Shown here one piece after another: positions 36,965-48,087 of a DNA stretch of 64,000 nucleotides (within the stretch, counting starts at the first letter, position 1; every line of letters starts with the position of its first letter). Source of the stretch: Amphiscolops sp. MND2022 (taxonomy: Eukaryota); assembly GCA_964187785.1 (NCBI GenBank), contig OZ076410.1:62496001-62560000 (forward strand), given 5' to 3'. Under the pieces are notes generated by a model. The model saw only the letters and a list, made by a program, of their open reading frames with translations, was not told where the DNA came from and did no database searches. Both the position numbers and the translations under genes were made by a program.

Positions 36965-39565
36965 TTTTTGATACTTTAGAGGTTTTCGGTTTAAATATAT
37001 ATATGAACCGAAAACCTCTCAAATATCAAAAACTTCAGGGAAAATGTGCGCTCATTACTTGCAGAAAAAAACGAGGCAACACTGACTAAATTCCACCGAG
37101 TTAAAAACTGGTGGTTCGGTAAAAAGAATTGGAATAAATTTTGCAAGGTTCTAAAGAAAACACAACTGTAAAAAAACTTTTGCTTTTTCCTCTACCCTTG
37201 CAAGCATAACTTGTTTGCAACATACATCTGCTTCTCAGCCCTCGTGACCAGGTCTGGTTATCCGCGGTAACCGCGGGAGCATCTTAGTAGTTTTATGAAA
37301 TTTATGAACTTGATGTCGGCGTAACAGACTGACTGAAACACAATGACAAAGCTGTGCACTTTTTTTTCCAAAAAACGCGTAATAATTACTAGGAATTATT
37401 CTGTCGCATATTTTCAAAACATATCAGTTTTTTTTTCTACCGAGTCTAATTGGGCAGCGCAATAGATTAATAATACAATTTCCCCAAGACATTTGCTGAG
37501 TCGATTAGAAAATTGTTTTTCCAGTACACATTCTTTGGAAGGTATAGGGCTGAAAGAGGTTTCTTTTCAAATGCAAGGAAAAGTTAGATGGTTGAACAAA
37601 ATGGCCATAAATTACCTCATCTCTCAGGAGGAGCTTTTTCAATTAGCTTTTACCGCAGTTCATATAAACTGTACAATACATGATCATCATTAGAAGTTCA
37701 CGCTTGAATAGGGAAACCTTTCGCAAAAACTAGGGAAAACTATCATTATTTTGTAAAATTTTCAACTTAAGGTTGCTAAAGTTTAACTAAATTCTTGACA
37801 TTCTTGGTATTTTACATTCTAATTTGTTCATGAGTGGGTGGTATACTAGACGAAAAAAAACATTTCAATCCATGGATAAATCGCAGTAGCTAATTTAGGA
37901 GAAAGGTAGTCTTCGCTGGAGTGAAGAAAAAAACCATGAAAAGTTAACCCATTAGTGGAAGTTCAGTGGATCCAATTTCTGACTATTCAATTCTCTACCT
38001 CTCCATTCATTCGAAAGGCAAGACGAAGGTTTAGATTGAAAATTGGGGATACAATCGAGATTTCATGTGTTATGCATCAGTGATCGATTAACACGTGTTT
38101 TCTTCGGTTGTACACTTGGAATTGTTGGGGAGACATAACTTCAAGGTGTAGTGACGTCAAAACACCTGCTCGAGGTAAACAAGTTGTCTGGGTTAAAATT
38201 TTTCTTACCTTCACACCTTGTGGATGCCGTACAAATTTTGGTCATACTTTGAATGTTAGAAGGAATTCGTCTACTACAGTTTCCCAACTATACTCAATAC
38301 AAAATAGGGAATTATTGAGTTTTTTTGAGGCAAAATGATAAAATGATCTTGAAAGGCTCAAATTTTTAAAACCTTTTTGAGCTTTCTTGCTAGTCCGAAC
38401 AGATAAGCCGAGCCCTAAAAATACATTGTCACCAGAATATTTTGGGTGGGAAATATCCCGGTGCTCAAGGAGTGTCTTGGTTATACTTCCTCGAATGATC
38501 TTTACTGCGTTATAACAGACGAAAGCCACAGTTAATGGCCGAAGAATCTTTGAAAAACCGGGAGTGGCCAACTGGGGCCAAGTTACATGAGTAGAAGGAA
38601 CCGAAAGTGATGGCGCTTGTTGCACATGACGTGCTCCCATCTACCAGTAGTTCCATTTTGCTTCTCTAGAGTAAAATGTGTCTCGTGGGGAGGGAGTCCC
38701 GCTTTGTGAGAATATCTTTCGACCTGGTCCAATCTGTTATTGCTAAGTCAATCGGACTTTTTGCCTATCCAGAACCACTGCTTCGATAGCTTTTATAAGC
38801 AAGGCCGAGGAATATTTCAATTTGCAAGGATAACCTAGGATAATTAGTGACTATATAGCTTAAAGAAGAAGCCGTTCGCCAAACAGGAAGCCACGAGAAC
38901 ACGAATAACAGCAGAAAAACGTGCCGAACTACGGTGTGTCATCATAAAATGGGAGCTTTTCACTACCTACAGTAAGCGCAAACCCAAGAATATGGTGGCA
39001 GCATAAATCCTTCGCCGGTGTCACTTAGGTGTTTCGCTGGGCGAACGAACGGTGTAACCCACTACAATGAACTGTGTTATCTCAATTTTGTTGCATTCAC
39101 AATGTATTTAGATGATATGCTCGAGAGCTGCAAAACTGGATATTTAGATGCTTGTGTTTAGATGGGTTTTTCAGATTCCCCTATCCTAGGCGTAAATGTA
39201 GTATTCGACAAATCCAAACCCAAGTTTAATGAGATATTTTTGCGGTGGTCCAGAATCAAATGAAAAGACCCATTTTGCAGTTTTTGCAGCTTGCTGTAGC
39301 GATTTGTTAAAATACAGCAACAATACATCAAACTACAACAAAAATGTGATTAAAATCTGCTAATTTAGTCGTTTTTGTGAATTTTTCTGCTGTACAGGGT
39401 CTACTGTCCACGTTCGGTATTCCTTCGGCTGTTCCTGACTTCGTTTCTATTCAAATGACGGAAACAGCGAAAAGAGCAATCACATTGGATTAGAGTTTTT
39501 AAACAAATTTCTTCTTCATCATCAACATGCTTGTATGTAAATCGGAAGGTAACGCTACATTTTAG

Positions 39566-39802
39566 AACAAGACTAACACCGGGATATTTTCCCCCTTGTC
39601 AAAAAAATCAGGCGAAGGCGAGATACGAACCCATCATCTACTGATTGATAAGCGGATGCACTACCAACATCGTAATTCAAATAGCATTTATTTGAGAGAG
39701 CAACTAACATGATGATTTGGCAGAATTTGGAAAGGAACGCAACACAGATGTTGATTTTCTTCCGGTGCACAATAAATTGTGGGGGCGGAACATAATTACT
39801 CA
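39566..39802 (+). mobile_element. Dispersed non-autonomous repeat, copy 2
   Basis: aacaagactaacaccgggatattttcccccttgtcaaaaaaatcagg and ttggcagaatttgg..aacgcaacacagat match 5340-5675. Confidence 0.55.
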
Positions 39803-40219
39803 ATGGGGCTAGTTTGATGAAAATCACCGCACATTTGATAAAATTGAGATACAAAAGGGATATGTTTTTGGATGAAGGTTTCCGGAAATGTTTTAGAAAG
39901 TCTCAAAAAAGTTGTTGGCAACTTCAAAGATGTTGGGAAAAGTAAGGGTAATCAAAAGGATAATCCCTTCCAACAATGCCCTAAAAGTGAAAAGGAAAGA
40001 GTGTTTCGTTCTAATCATTTCGCCATCAAAACCATAACTAACAAAACGAGAACGTCTAAAGTCGGCGCTATATCTAAGGCTAAAAAGATCAAAAGACTTT
40101 TTTTTGAAAAAAAAAACTTGAATTTTTTGAATTTTGAATGTCATGTGAAAAAAAAAGTAAGAGTCTGTAAGAGTCGATCATTTTTCCGTAAAAGGAAAAT
40201 GCGCCGACTAAATAGTAAC

Positions 40220-40590
40220 AACAAGACGCCCGCTAAGCACCGGGATATTTTCCGCCCTCTTCGCCTTCGCCAAATGAGCCATAGCTATTTTGGGAGGGGA
40301 ATAGGATCTAAAGAATAAGATCTAAAATTTAGTGATTTTAGATCTTATTCCCTTTAGCTCTCATTCCCGTCCTGAAGTTTTAGACCTTATTTTCTTTGAT
40401 CTTATTCTCTTTTTTGACTATAGATATTATTCCTATAGAATAGTCAAGTAACTAAAATAGTCAAGTGACTAAAATAATCAGGTGAGTCAGGTGAGTAGTG
40501 AGTCAAATTTGGCAGAATTTGGAAAAAACGCATCACAGATCATGATGTTCCTCCCTCATTGAAAATGTGGGGTCGGAAAATAACAATTCA
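40220..40590 (+). mobile_element. Dispersed non-autonomous repeat, copy 3
   Basis: Same 5' and 3' ends as 5340-5675. The middle consists of gatcttattc and tagtcaagt repeats. Confidence 0.6.
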
Positions 40591-41389
40591 AGTCTAACTA
40601 ATGCAATAAACAGCAGCAATTGTACAATAGCATACATAATAAATGACACAACCGCTCTGAGACTGAAGCTCTCTCAGCGCTACCAAAAAGTTTTTGTGCA
40701 GAAAGGTAATTTCCGGAGCTTCTCTTTACTCGCGACACTGAGTACCGGCAAAACAAACAACGAAAGTGGGTATTTTTCTCAGAGCTTCGTACTTACCGAC
40801 ACTTTGTCATAAGCTCTAGGTCTTCTCACTTTGCTATCTTTTCTGCTCACCTCTTTTCAAAATGACAGCGATTGAAAGAGCAACCAGGCATGTCTTACCG
40901 GAATTCTGGCGGTTTTCCGAAGCAAGCTTTGTACATATTTTTGAAGGTTGCAAATAACATTACTGATTTTTTAAACTCTTACGGAAACTTTCATACATTA
41001 AAATTTTCCTGTGGTATTCGAATTAAACCAAGTCGGCCAATCGATCTAGACACGAAGTTGAGAAATCAATAACATGATCACGTAATTTCGATTCGAACTT
41101 CAATAGTGTAGTACTGCAAAATTTACCCCCAGAAGCTCCTTGAATTTCTTACTTTTTTGTAGGCCTGAAGAATTTGAAAGATCCAGCGGTCTCAACAAGT
41201 CGATTTCTATAAATCTTTTTGTCATTGTGCGACAACCCGTGTAACCAATCAATCGCAGACCACCTGTGGTCACCGATGCTTCGCCGAAGTTCCTCCGGTG
41301 GACCATCGAGGTGGCATCTTCAGCTTTTGTGGTGACCACTTGTGGAACTATCGATGTAAAAAGGGAAACATGATTGTAGGAGAAAATTG

Positions 41390-41702
41390 AGATGCATCAA
41401 AAAACTGGTCCGAATCTCAAAACGATCCAATATGTCCAGTTATTGCTGATCAACTGAGAAACATTTGTTTCTGGTAGGGCCACCAACGAGAGCAGGTGAT
41501 CAAAAAAGTTACAATGAGAGGCAAACTCATGAACAAAAAAGGAAAATGAATGTAGGAACAGGTTCGGGATCCATCAAAAAAACTTGTCAGAATCTCAAAA
41601 AAGCCAATTTGTCTAGTTTTTGCTCATCAACTGAGAAATAGTTTACTCTGACGGTGCTACCAGCGAACAGGTGCATCAAAAAGCGCCATAATGAGGTAAA
41701 CT
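41390..41702. repeat. Diverged direct repeat, ~177-bp period
   Basis: catcaaaaaact..gaatctcaaaa..ttgct(g/c)atcaactgagaaa..caggtg.atcaaaaa occurs twice. Confidence 0.7.
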
Positions 41703-42045
41703 GAAAAAAGAGGAAATCTTGGGTAACTTAGATAGATGCAGCTGTAAAATGTAGAGACCCCGTAGAAAAAAAATAATATCCTAAATCATTGAGGCCATTT
41801 TAAAATTATGGCAATTCGGTATGAAAATCAGATAAGATTTGCTGCAGAATTAGAAGATTTAGACACTACAATTGCAAGAATTAGATCTGTCGTGGGTACT
41901 TTTGATAATACAAGATTCACAAGATGCAATTATTTCAGACCTTAATCCACAAGTTTTTGCAGGCGTTATTGGAAACGGATTTCTTTTGCTCGAAAGGTCT
42001 CCACCGGTGGCCACCGGTGTTTTGCAGTGGAATGCCAGTACGGTA

Positions 42046-43553
42046 CCCAGGTTTTCAATCTTTGCGAATCTGTAAAGATCTGCAGGGTTCTGCAAAGATC
42101 GTTGCACTGAATCTTGAAGATCCATACAGATCTGCAAGATCTTTACAGAAGTGTGCAGATCTGCAAGATCTTTACAGAAGTGTGCAGATTTTCTTTAAAG
42201 ATTTCTGCAGAAATATGTTTTTCTGCAGCTTTTAGGTTTTCATCCTGGATTCATTGTGATGTACCTAAGCACTTCTCAGCTCAAGTAAAAAAAATAAGGA
42301 AAATATGTTGTTCTATAGCGGAGTATTTAAAAACAGAATCCGGAGATACGAAACTATACAGTATAAAAATAGTTTCAAAACAGTGGGCTGCAGTCACTAA
42401 TTCGATGACACTAAAGGATGCCATTCCAAAAACGAAGCTTCCAATAGTTTGCAGAAGTACAAACATTGAACAGCGCAGGCTTCCAAGGTTGCTTCGTACC
42501 AGCTGAGTGCCATAGGCTGATTGGATGGAATTTGTTCCAGGTGAAACCTACTGAAACATACCAGGAGACATTCAAGGATTGACGAAGATGTTGACCTAAG
42601 TGGGTTACAAAATGGAAACAATGGTAAAAACTATAGAAAAGTTTCGTTCGACAGTTTCAAGTCTATAGTATCGAATGCTCAACTTTCTGAAATGCATTGA
42701 AAGGAAGTTTCGCAGAAACTAGAACCTTAACCAAGGCTTTTATATGGTTTTGGATATCGAACAAGAACGTTTTCTTCAAATGTAACCTATAGCATAACAA
42801 AGCAACCACGTTTTGAAAAATGGTGGAGCTAAAAAAACGACAACCTAAGGCCCAAATACCGGTAAATAATTCAACTAAACTTCGGTTCGTTGCAGAAAAT
42901 ACTTATTGCTACTCGCCCTTAGCTACAAAACATAACGAAAGCGTGAAAAGAGAAGTTTGTTTCGGAGCCGTGAGCTGTAATGGAGAAAGAATAGTAACCT
43001 AATTCGAAGATATTGAAGAATGCCACTCCAAAAACGAAGCTTCCAACAGTTTGAAGAGGTACAAAGATGAACAGCGCCAGCTTCCAAGGTTGCTCGTACC
43101 AGCTGAGTGCCAGATGCAGCCTCAATGGAATTTGCTCCAAGGACCAATTCCAGATCAGCTGCATTCCAATTCCAGTGGTACAACACAAGGAATGTACTTT
43201 TCAAAACAACGTATCCAGCATTCAAGTTTTTGATAGAGCTGCAGAGTTCTGTAAAGTTCTTCACAGATTTGTACAGATTGCTGCAGAAAAATGTTTCATC
43301 ATTTTGATATGAATGAGACTTCTCTGCAGTCCTTAACACTTTTATTACACATTTGACATTGCCGTGGGGTTTTTTGTGTTCCTGAGTTGGTCTTTGTTTC
43401 CAATCTGCACATATCTGCAAAGATCTGTAAAAATTCTGCAGATCTGCAAATATCTGCAAAGATCTGTAGAAATTCTGCAGATCAGCAAATTTCTGCAAAG
43501 ATCTGCAGAAATCCTGCAGATCTTTACAGATTCGCAAAGATTGAAAACCTGGG
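42046..43553. mobile_element. Foldback/non-autonomous DNA transposon (CMC/EnSpm-like termini) with TA target duplication
   Basis: ta|cccaggttttcaatctttgcgaatctgtaaagatctgcag ... ctgcagatctttacagattcgcaaagattgaaaacctggg|ta. It has subterminal gatctgca tandem arrays and an internal ~150-bp direct repeat (42393-42545 / 42995-43140). The superfamily is inferred from the CCCAG termini and 2-bp TSD. Confidence 0.8.
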
Positions 43554-44082
43554 TAATCATTGTGTATCAAACTAGAAAGCTGAAAATGTCTCGACAGTAA
43601 AAACAGCCATGTATCCCAAATTTATCGGGATTGAGAGGAACTGACTTATCAGAAGTTTTGGTAACCTTGCCAAAGAAAACTAGTCGTAAACTCATAATCG
43701 GAAAACATCTTTGAAATAATCTGGAAATTGTCCTGTCATAGACCTTACATGCTTAGATATAGCTGGTCAAAAGCTGAGAAAAATCAAAACAAGTTTATGA
43801 GATAAATTATTTAACATGTCATAAACTGTAAAAGAAATATAATTATTTGGCGAAAGTTATATCTCGTTTCTTCTATTTGAAAAATAGGAAAAAGGCAACA
43901 CTCTTTTTCTCAATGTATTATCGGCCTCAATGACAAAACGTTTAATTCGTACAAATTAACAAGACTGAGAAATGAACATAAAGTTGTTTACAAATATTAT
44001 TAAACAATTTCGAGATAGCAAAATCCGACTAATATTTGAAAAATCAATTTTTTACCTTTTTTACGGTTTCACAAAGGTCGGT

Positions 44083-44150
44083 CAATACCGTGGTTCGAAC
44101 CCACGCCGGTCGAGTATCGGCCACACACTTTACCGCTGTGCTATGGATGC
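44083..44150 (-). pseudogene. tRNA-like sequence (tRNA pseudogene or SINE head)
   Basis: gcatccaTAGCACAGCGGTaaagtgtgtggccgatactcgaccggcgtGGGTTCGAACCacggtattga. A and B boxes are present, but there is no proper cloverleaf. Confidence 0.5.
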
Positions 44151-44258
44151 TTGAAATCAATCCAAATTAATTTGCTAATAAACTAGGTGTCAACAAATTG
44201 AATCGGTGTCAACATGGACTTCAGGTGTTTGAATTAAAATATTTGTCATTTTTCGGTA

Positions 44259-45100
44259 GAGCGGGATAAAACAGCCGATTTTAAACGGGACAGAGCATCC
44301 GATTTTTCAAACAGGACAAAACAGCCGGGTACTCCTTACTAAGTGTGGTCCCTATAATGTAAGTGTGGTCTCTGCATTTTTTGTCGGAATAATTATTATA
44401 ACGTAGTCGGCTATGTTCACGTACCCCTAGTGCCCTAAATACAGGAGCGAAGCGACGTGCCATATGGCCATGCCTCAATGTTGCTACTTGGTGAAGGGAG
44501 CGAAGCGACAGAGCCATACAACAAATATGATAACCTCTTCAAATCAAGTTCCATACATATTCGCTGTAACAGCACTAAAAGCTAGTAAATTGAATTCTGC
44601 TGTTTTGAACTACATGTAATGTTTGCTTTACGTTGGCTATTCTAAATTTACTAGGGACCACATTTAGTCAGGAGTTTTTGGGCCGGCTACATAAATTTTG
44701 TAGGGACCACACTTAGTCAGGAGTACCAACAGCCGATTTTAAAACAGTACAAAGTCGCTGATTGGTAAATATGAAAATCGCCGATTTTGTCAATGCGTAA
44801 GATTAGCAGTCATTAAAAATATTAATATAACGTAGTCAGCTATGTTCACATACCCCTAGTGCCCTAAATGCAGGAGCGAAGCGAAGTGGAGCGACGTGCA
44901 ATGTGGCCGTGCCTCAATGTTGCTACTTGGCGAAGGGAGCGAAGCGACCGAGCCATACAACAAGTATGAACCTCTTCAAATAAATCAAGTTCCATGTATA
45001 TTGGCTGAAACAGCACTCATTTTGTTCCGTTTTGAAAATCGGCTGTTTTGTCCCGTTTTGAAAATTGGCTGTTTTGTCTCGTTTTAAAATCGGCTGTTTT
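44259..45100. mobile_element. Foldback element with aaacgggacaaaacagccgatttt subterminal repeats
   Basis: Left arrays of aaacagccgatttt face right arrays of aaaatcggctgttttgtcccgtttt. Confidence 0.65.
44328..44727. mobile_element. Merlin-like MITE, 27-bp TIRs, 8-bp TSD AACAGCCG
   Basis: aacagccg|GGTACTCCTtACTAAGTGTGGTCCCTA ... TAGGGACCACACTTAGTcAGGAGTACC|aacagccg (1 TIR mismatch). GG-starting TIRs with an 8-9-bp TSD are characteristic of Merlin/IS1016. Confidence 0.8.
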
Positions 45101-45384
45101 TAGCAGCTTCACAAAGCACTTTGTCGTTTCTTCAAGTAACCTCTTGAACCCTCAAGGTTCTTGTCAAGAACTTCAAGATTTTTAACGGTCCAAGATAATT
45201 CAAGATCTTATCAAGGGTTTCAAGAGGTAACGGGAGTTAGCGGGTACATACAAGATCTCAGCAAGAGTTTCAAGATATTTTACACTGGGTTTGGACAATC
45301 GATCAGTGATATATTTGCAATGTTTTACTTTGAAAGTTTTCCTTTAAGCGTTACAACGGCACCAAACCCTTAGAAGAGTTTAAG

Positions 45385-46920
45385 GACCATGTGTTCAATT
45401 CAGAGTCCCCCAAGCAGCAGCAGCAGCAGGTGGAAATAAGACACAAGGTTCAAATACCATTATGTAGACATCGTTTGAGTTAGAATTTTGGTCCAATAAA
45501 ATAATTGACATTATCCTATCCATTACATTGACTGTCAGTTAAAATGTGCTCCTTAGATTTTGTCACGGAGAAAATTTGCATTAAAATAGGGACCAATTTA
45601 TATGATTTTAGCTTGTTCCAAACGTAGATTTCTGCTATTTTGGACAATATTATCAAAAATTAGGGTAATTTTTTAGCTTGAAGTGTCAAAACAGTTGTAG
45701 AGACAATCCTCTAAGTATTTACTTTCATATAATATTCTCTTATTAGTGAAATATTTTCATTCGAGAGCAAAATGTGCTTTCGTTTTGGGGGGAATTCGCA
45801 ACAAGGTGTACCTGGGAGGGAGGGGGGGGGGGGTTTGTGGCGAATTGAACACATGGTCCGAACTTAAGTCAGTTCAAAAAAGATTGTTTTGATAATCTTG
45901 TAACCCGGTGGCTTAGGTTGTTTTCTGGTCTTGCTAATTTCGATGTTCATAAACTGATCGCAAGTCAATAAACGATTCAGAGTAAAAAACATTGGATTTT
46001 TCATCAAAAGTTGGCGCTATATTGCCAAGTAGAGTGGAATCACGTAACTTTCCCTTTCATAACTGATAACTTAATTGGAAAAAAGTAAAGAAACAAATGA
46101 AAATTTCATGACATCAATTTAAGCTCCAGACGTTGTACATGTAATACAGATCGAGTATCATTGAAAAGTTCGAAGAAAAGCGCCATTTTTGAAACTTTGA
46201 AGAAATTCGGTCAAAATATCAGTCAAACGAGACATGGGATTTTCTGAGAGCTGGTTGAACAACGCTGTGAAAGAAAATATGTCTTGAGCTTGAAAACAAG
46301 GAACGTACAACTAGGGGGAGCTTTAGCAGCAAAATTAAATGTTCATTTTGGAAACCTAAATCTGAACAAGACAAAATATTCTGGTTTCGGCGAAAATAGA
46401 TGAAATTTTAGAAACGTTAATTAACGAATCGGACCATGTTTCTTTTGCCCCCAAGCAGCCGCTCGGCAATAAGAAACAAGGTTCAAATGCCAACAATTAT
46501 GCCAACATCGTTTACGCGGCAATTTTGGTCCAATAAAGTATTTGATGTCGACATAATCCTACCTTTAACTTTGATTCACAGTTGAAAGTTGTTCGATTCA
46601 ATTTATGACGGAGAAAATTTGCGGTAAAATAGGGATTTTCCTGTACAATTTCAGCTTTCCAGGGGTGAGTTTTTGCTTTTTTGTCAGAAGAACATTTAAA
46701 AATCCCGATAACATTTTGCTGCCAGTGTTGAAACAACTCAAGAGACAATCCTTTAAGTATTTATCCAATCAGTTTCTTTCATTCGCACAAGAGTTTTTTC
46801 ATGAAAACGGTTGCAACCATAAAAGTTGTTTTCGTGTTGGGGGAATGAGAAACAAGATGTATCTGGGGGGGGGGGGTTTGGTTTGGGGTGTAGGGGTGTG
46901 GGGGTGGCAAGGGTTTATGG
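45385..46920. repeat. Diverged direct repeat pair (45385-45850 / 46431-46920)
   Basis: ggaccatgt..ccccaagcagc..aataaga.acaaggttcaaat.cca..attttggtccaataaa..gacggagaaaatttgc..poly-G occur in the same order twice. Confidence 0.7.
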
Positions 46921-48087
46921 TCCAACGATTCTGTTGAATGGCCAAATATGAAATAATTTCAATAACGTTTCCAGCTAAAGTTTGAATAATTGATTTAAAA
47001 AAACTTTTTAACGTTTTTTAATCTTCAGTTATTGTTTTTTTTGGTGATAAATCAAACTTCCAAAGCAATTAAGTTCCCATTTAGAGTTTCGATCACTTTT
47101 GGATAACCACAATTATACCTCTTAGCGTTTGTTTTGGAAAATTATCAATATTAAAAACCCCAAAAGAGCTTTTACATAATTTTCAACCATACATGTGGCG
47201 CCTAATTCAATGAATTTTCAGATTATTGTGTTTTCAGTCAGCATGAATAGAATGAAACATTTAGACTCCTTGCTTTCGTATTCGCTGCACGATAATGCTT
47301 GCTTGTAGCTCTATTTCATGCCAAAACTGATATGCTGAAAAAGGTTGATCAATCTTCCCAATGGTATATTAATTCATGATTTCAGCTTTGTTTCCAATGT
47401 TTTTAAAATGCGTTTATCGATTTTGTCAATTTTGTAGTCAGTTAAGATTTCATGAGCAAACAAATTCATTAAAACAAGATTTCAAAAAAATTGAAAATTC
47501 AGAGATTCTATGAGGATAAATTTTGGTTCTGAGGAAGTGTGGAGGAAGTAGGAAGCTCTCCACGTGACATTCACATGAACTCGCAAATTAATTCCTACTT
47601 TTTCATTTTTGGAAAAGTTTTAATAGCTGATTAATAACACTGGAAATATATGACGGAAAAATGGCTTAGGTGGAAAATTGCCTTCCCATCGGTGGAGAAT
47701 TTCAAAAATCAAAATTTTGTTCAAAATTTCAAGAAACTGAATGATTCACTGCCCGAAAAGCGCGCCCCTTATGAATCAAAGCCAAACAAAGATATGGAGA
47801 CTATCAGCACCTATTCGGAAGTATCTGTATACTCTGTTTGCAATTTCAGATCGTGTCCGAAAGAACTTCTTTTTTCACTGGTTATCCAGTGAATATAGAT
47901 CTTAATTCAGTGGTTTTTCGGTAATTTTAGATCTTATTCCAGTGGTTTTCTCAGTAATGACACTTTTTGTGGCCACCGGTGGTCCACCCCTAACCACCAC
48001 AAAATGGGTCATGGCCACCACGGTGGCTACCAGTGGGACTGCTATCTGCAGTGCGGTGGCAACGGATGGGTTGCACTCGGTTGTCAG

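Larger units (their letters stand above)
29172..37312. repeat. Tandem segmental duplication: 29172-33078 and 33417-37312 (near-identical)
   Basis: gctaatgatgcgcacc starts at 29172 and 33417, and tttatgaacttg ends at 33078 and 37312. The offset changes from 4245 to 4234, mainly through an 11-bp duplication (gggcaacaaga) near 31610. Confidence 0.96.

Noticed and set aside
38100-38950. 132-aa minus ORF and a moderately GC-rich block
   Set aside because: No recognisable motif, splice pattern or repeat structure.
39872-40318. 148-aa lysine-rich ORF
   Set aside because: It is a poly-A-driven composition that runs into a repeat terminus, with no domain or splice support.
42100-43570. ORFs of 100-215 aa (e.g. 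42923-43570) with repeated DLQ/CRS motifs
   Set aside because: They are translations of gatctgca tandem arrays that are open in several frames on both strands.
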